DNA of 64,000 nt from Tubiluchus corallicola (taxonomy: Eukaryota; Animalia; Priapulida). The stretch covers positions 1 through 64,000 of the forward strand of contig JAQGDQ010000638.1 of assembly GCA_030141605.1 (NCBI GenBank). The letters run 5' to 3'. Of this stretch, positions 62,891 to 64,000 are shown piece by piece. Below the pieces are notes generated by a model. It was not told where the DNA came from. It ran no database searches and was given only the letters and a program-made list of their open reading frames with translations. Within the stretch, counting starts at the first letter, position 1. Every line of letters begins with the position of its first letter. A program made the position numbers and the translations under genes.

Positions 62891-64000
62891 TGTTTACAGT
62901 AAACATAATGGGATTTGATGAGATTGTTTACAGTAAATATAATGGGATTTGATGAGATTGTTTACAGTAAACATAATGGGATTTGATGAGATTGTTTACA
63001 GTAAACATAATGGGATTTGATGAGATTGTTTACAGTAAACATAATGGGATTTGATGAGATTGTTTACAGTAAACATAATGGGATTTGATGAGATTGTTTA
63101 CAGTAAACATAATGGGATTTGATGAGATTGTTTACAGTAAACATAATGGGATTTGATGAGATTGTTTACAGTAAACATAATGGGATTTGATGAGATTGTT
63201 TACAGTAAACATAATGGGATTTGATGAGATTGTTTACAGTAAACATAATGGGATTTGATGAGATTGTTTACAGTAAACATAATGGGATTTGATGAGATTG
63301 TTTACAGTAAACATAATGGGATTTGATGAGATTGTTTACAGTAAACATAATGGGATTTGATGAGATTGTTTACAGTAAACATAATGGGATTTGATGAGAT
63401 TGTTTACAGTAAACATAATGGGATTTGATGAGATTGTTTACAGTAAACATAATGGGATTTGATGAGATTGTTTACAGTAAACATAATGGGATTTGATGAG
63501 ATTGTTTACAGTAAACATAATGGGATTTGATGAGATTGTTTACAGTAAACATAATGGGATTTGATGAGATTGTTTACAGTAAACATAATGGGATTTGATG
63601 AGATTGTTTACAGTAAACATAATGGGATTTGATGAGATTGTTTACAGTAAACATAATGGGATTTGATGAGATTGTTTACAGTAAACATAATGGGATTTGA
63701 TGAGATTGTTTACAGTAAACATAATGGGATTTGATGAGATTGTTTACAGTAAACATAATGGGATTTGATGAGATTGTTTACAGTAAACATAATGGGATTT
63801 GATGAGATTGTTTACAGTAAACATAATGGGATTTGATGAGATTGTTTACAGTAAACATAATGGGATTTGATGAGATTGTTTACAGTAAACATAATGGGAT
63901 TTGATGAGATTGTTTACAGTAAACATAATGGGATTTGATGAGATTGTTTACAGTAAACATAATGGGATTTGATGAGATTGTTTACAGTAAACATAATGGG
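62891..64000. repeat. 34-bp minisatellite (TGTTTACAGTAAACATAATGGGATTTGATGAGAT), at least 32 copies, runs off the window
   Basis: Almost invariant units; internal palindrome TGTTTAC-A-GTAAACA. Confidence 0.98.

Noticed and set aside
59945-64000. 23-, 90- and 34-bp arrays as CRISPR arrays
   Set aside because: No spacers; eukaryotic intronic tandem repeats.

Overview
AT-rich, repeat-dense metazoan (invertebrate-like) genomic window with a 985-N assembly gap (20546-21530); no prokaryotic features. Four host genes were reconstructed by hand from splice sites and intron phases. (1) A full-architecture PRDM9-like gene on the minus strand (KRAB-like, SSXRD, zinc knuckle, PR/SET with all three catalytic tyrosines, C2H2 array; 5442-19644), with signs of local decay. 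(2) A divergent 8-exon annexin (+, 26188-35827, 320 aa). (3) An intronless ankyrin-repeat plus cGAS/Mab21-type nucleotidyltransferase ORF (-, 38163-40142) that stops before the usual C-terminal lobe. (4) The 3' part of a CCDC66-like gene (-, 46093 to at least 62689). An R2-clade retrotransposon lacking its endonuclease core is nested in a TTAA-flanked Kolobok-like MITE in the last PRDM9 intron. A hAT-like element at 42051-42809 carries a captured fragment of the ankyrin-NTase gene. There are many MITEs, LINE fragments and mini/microsatellites. Family names come from motif recognition, not database searches.
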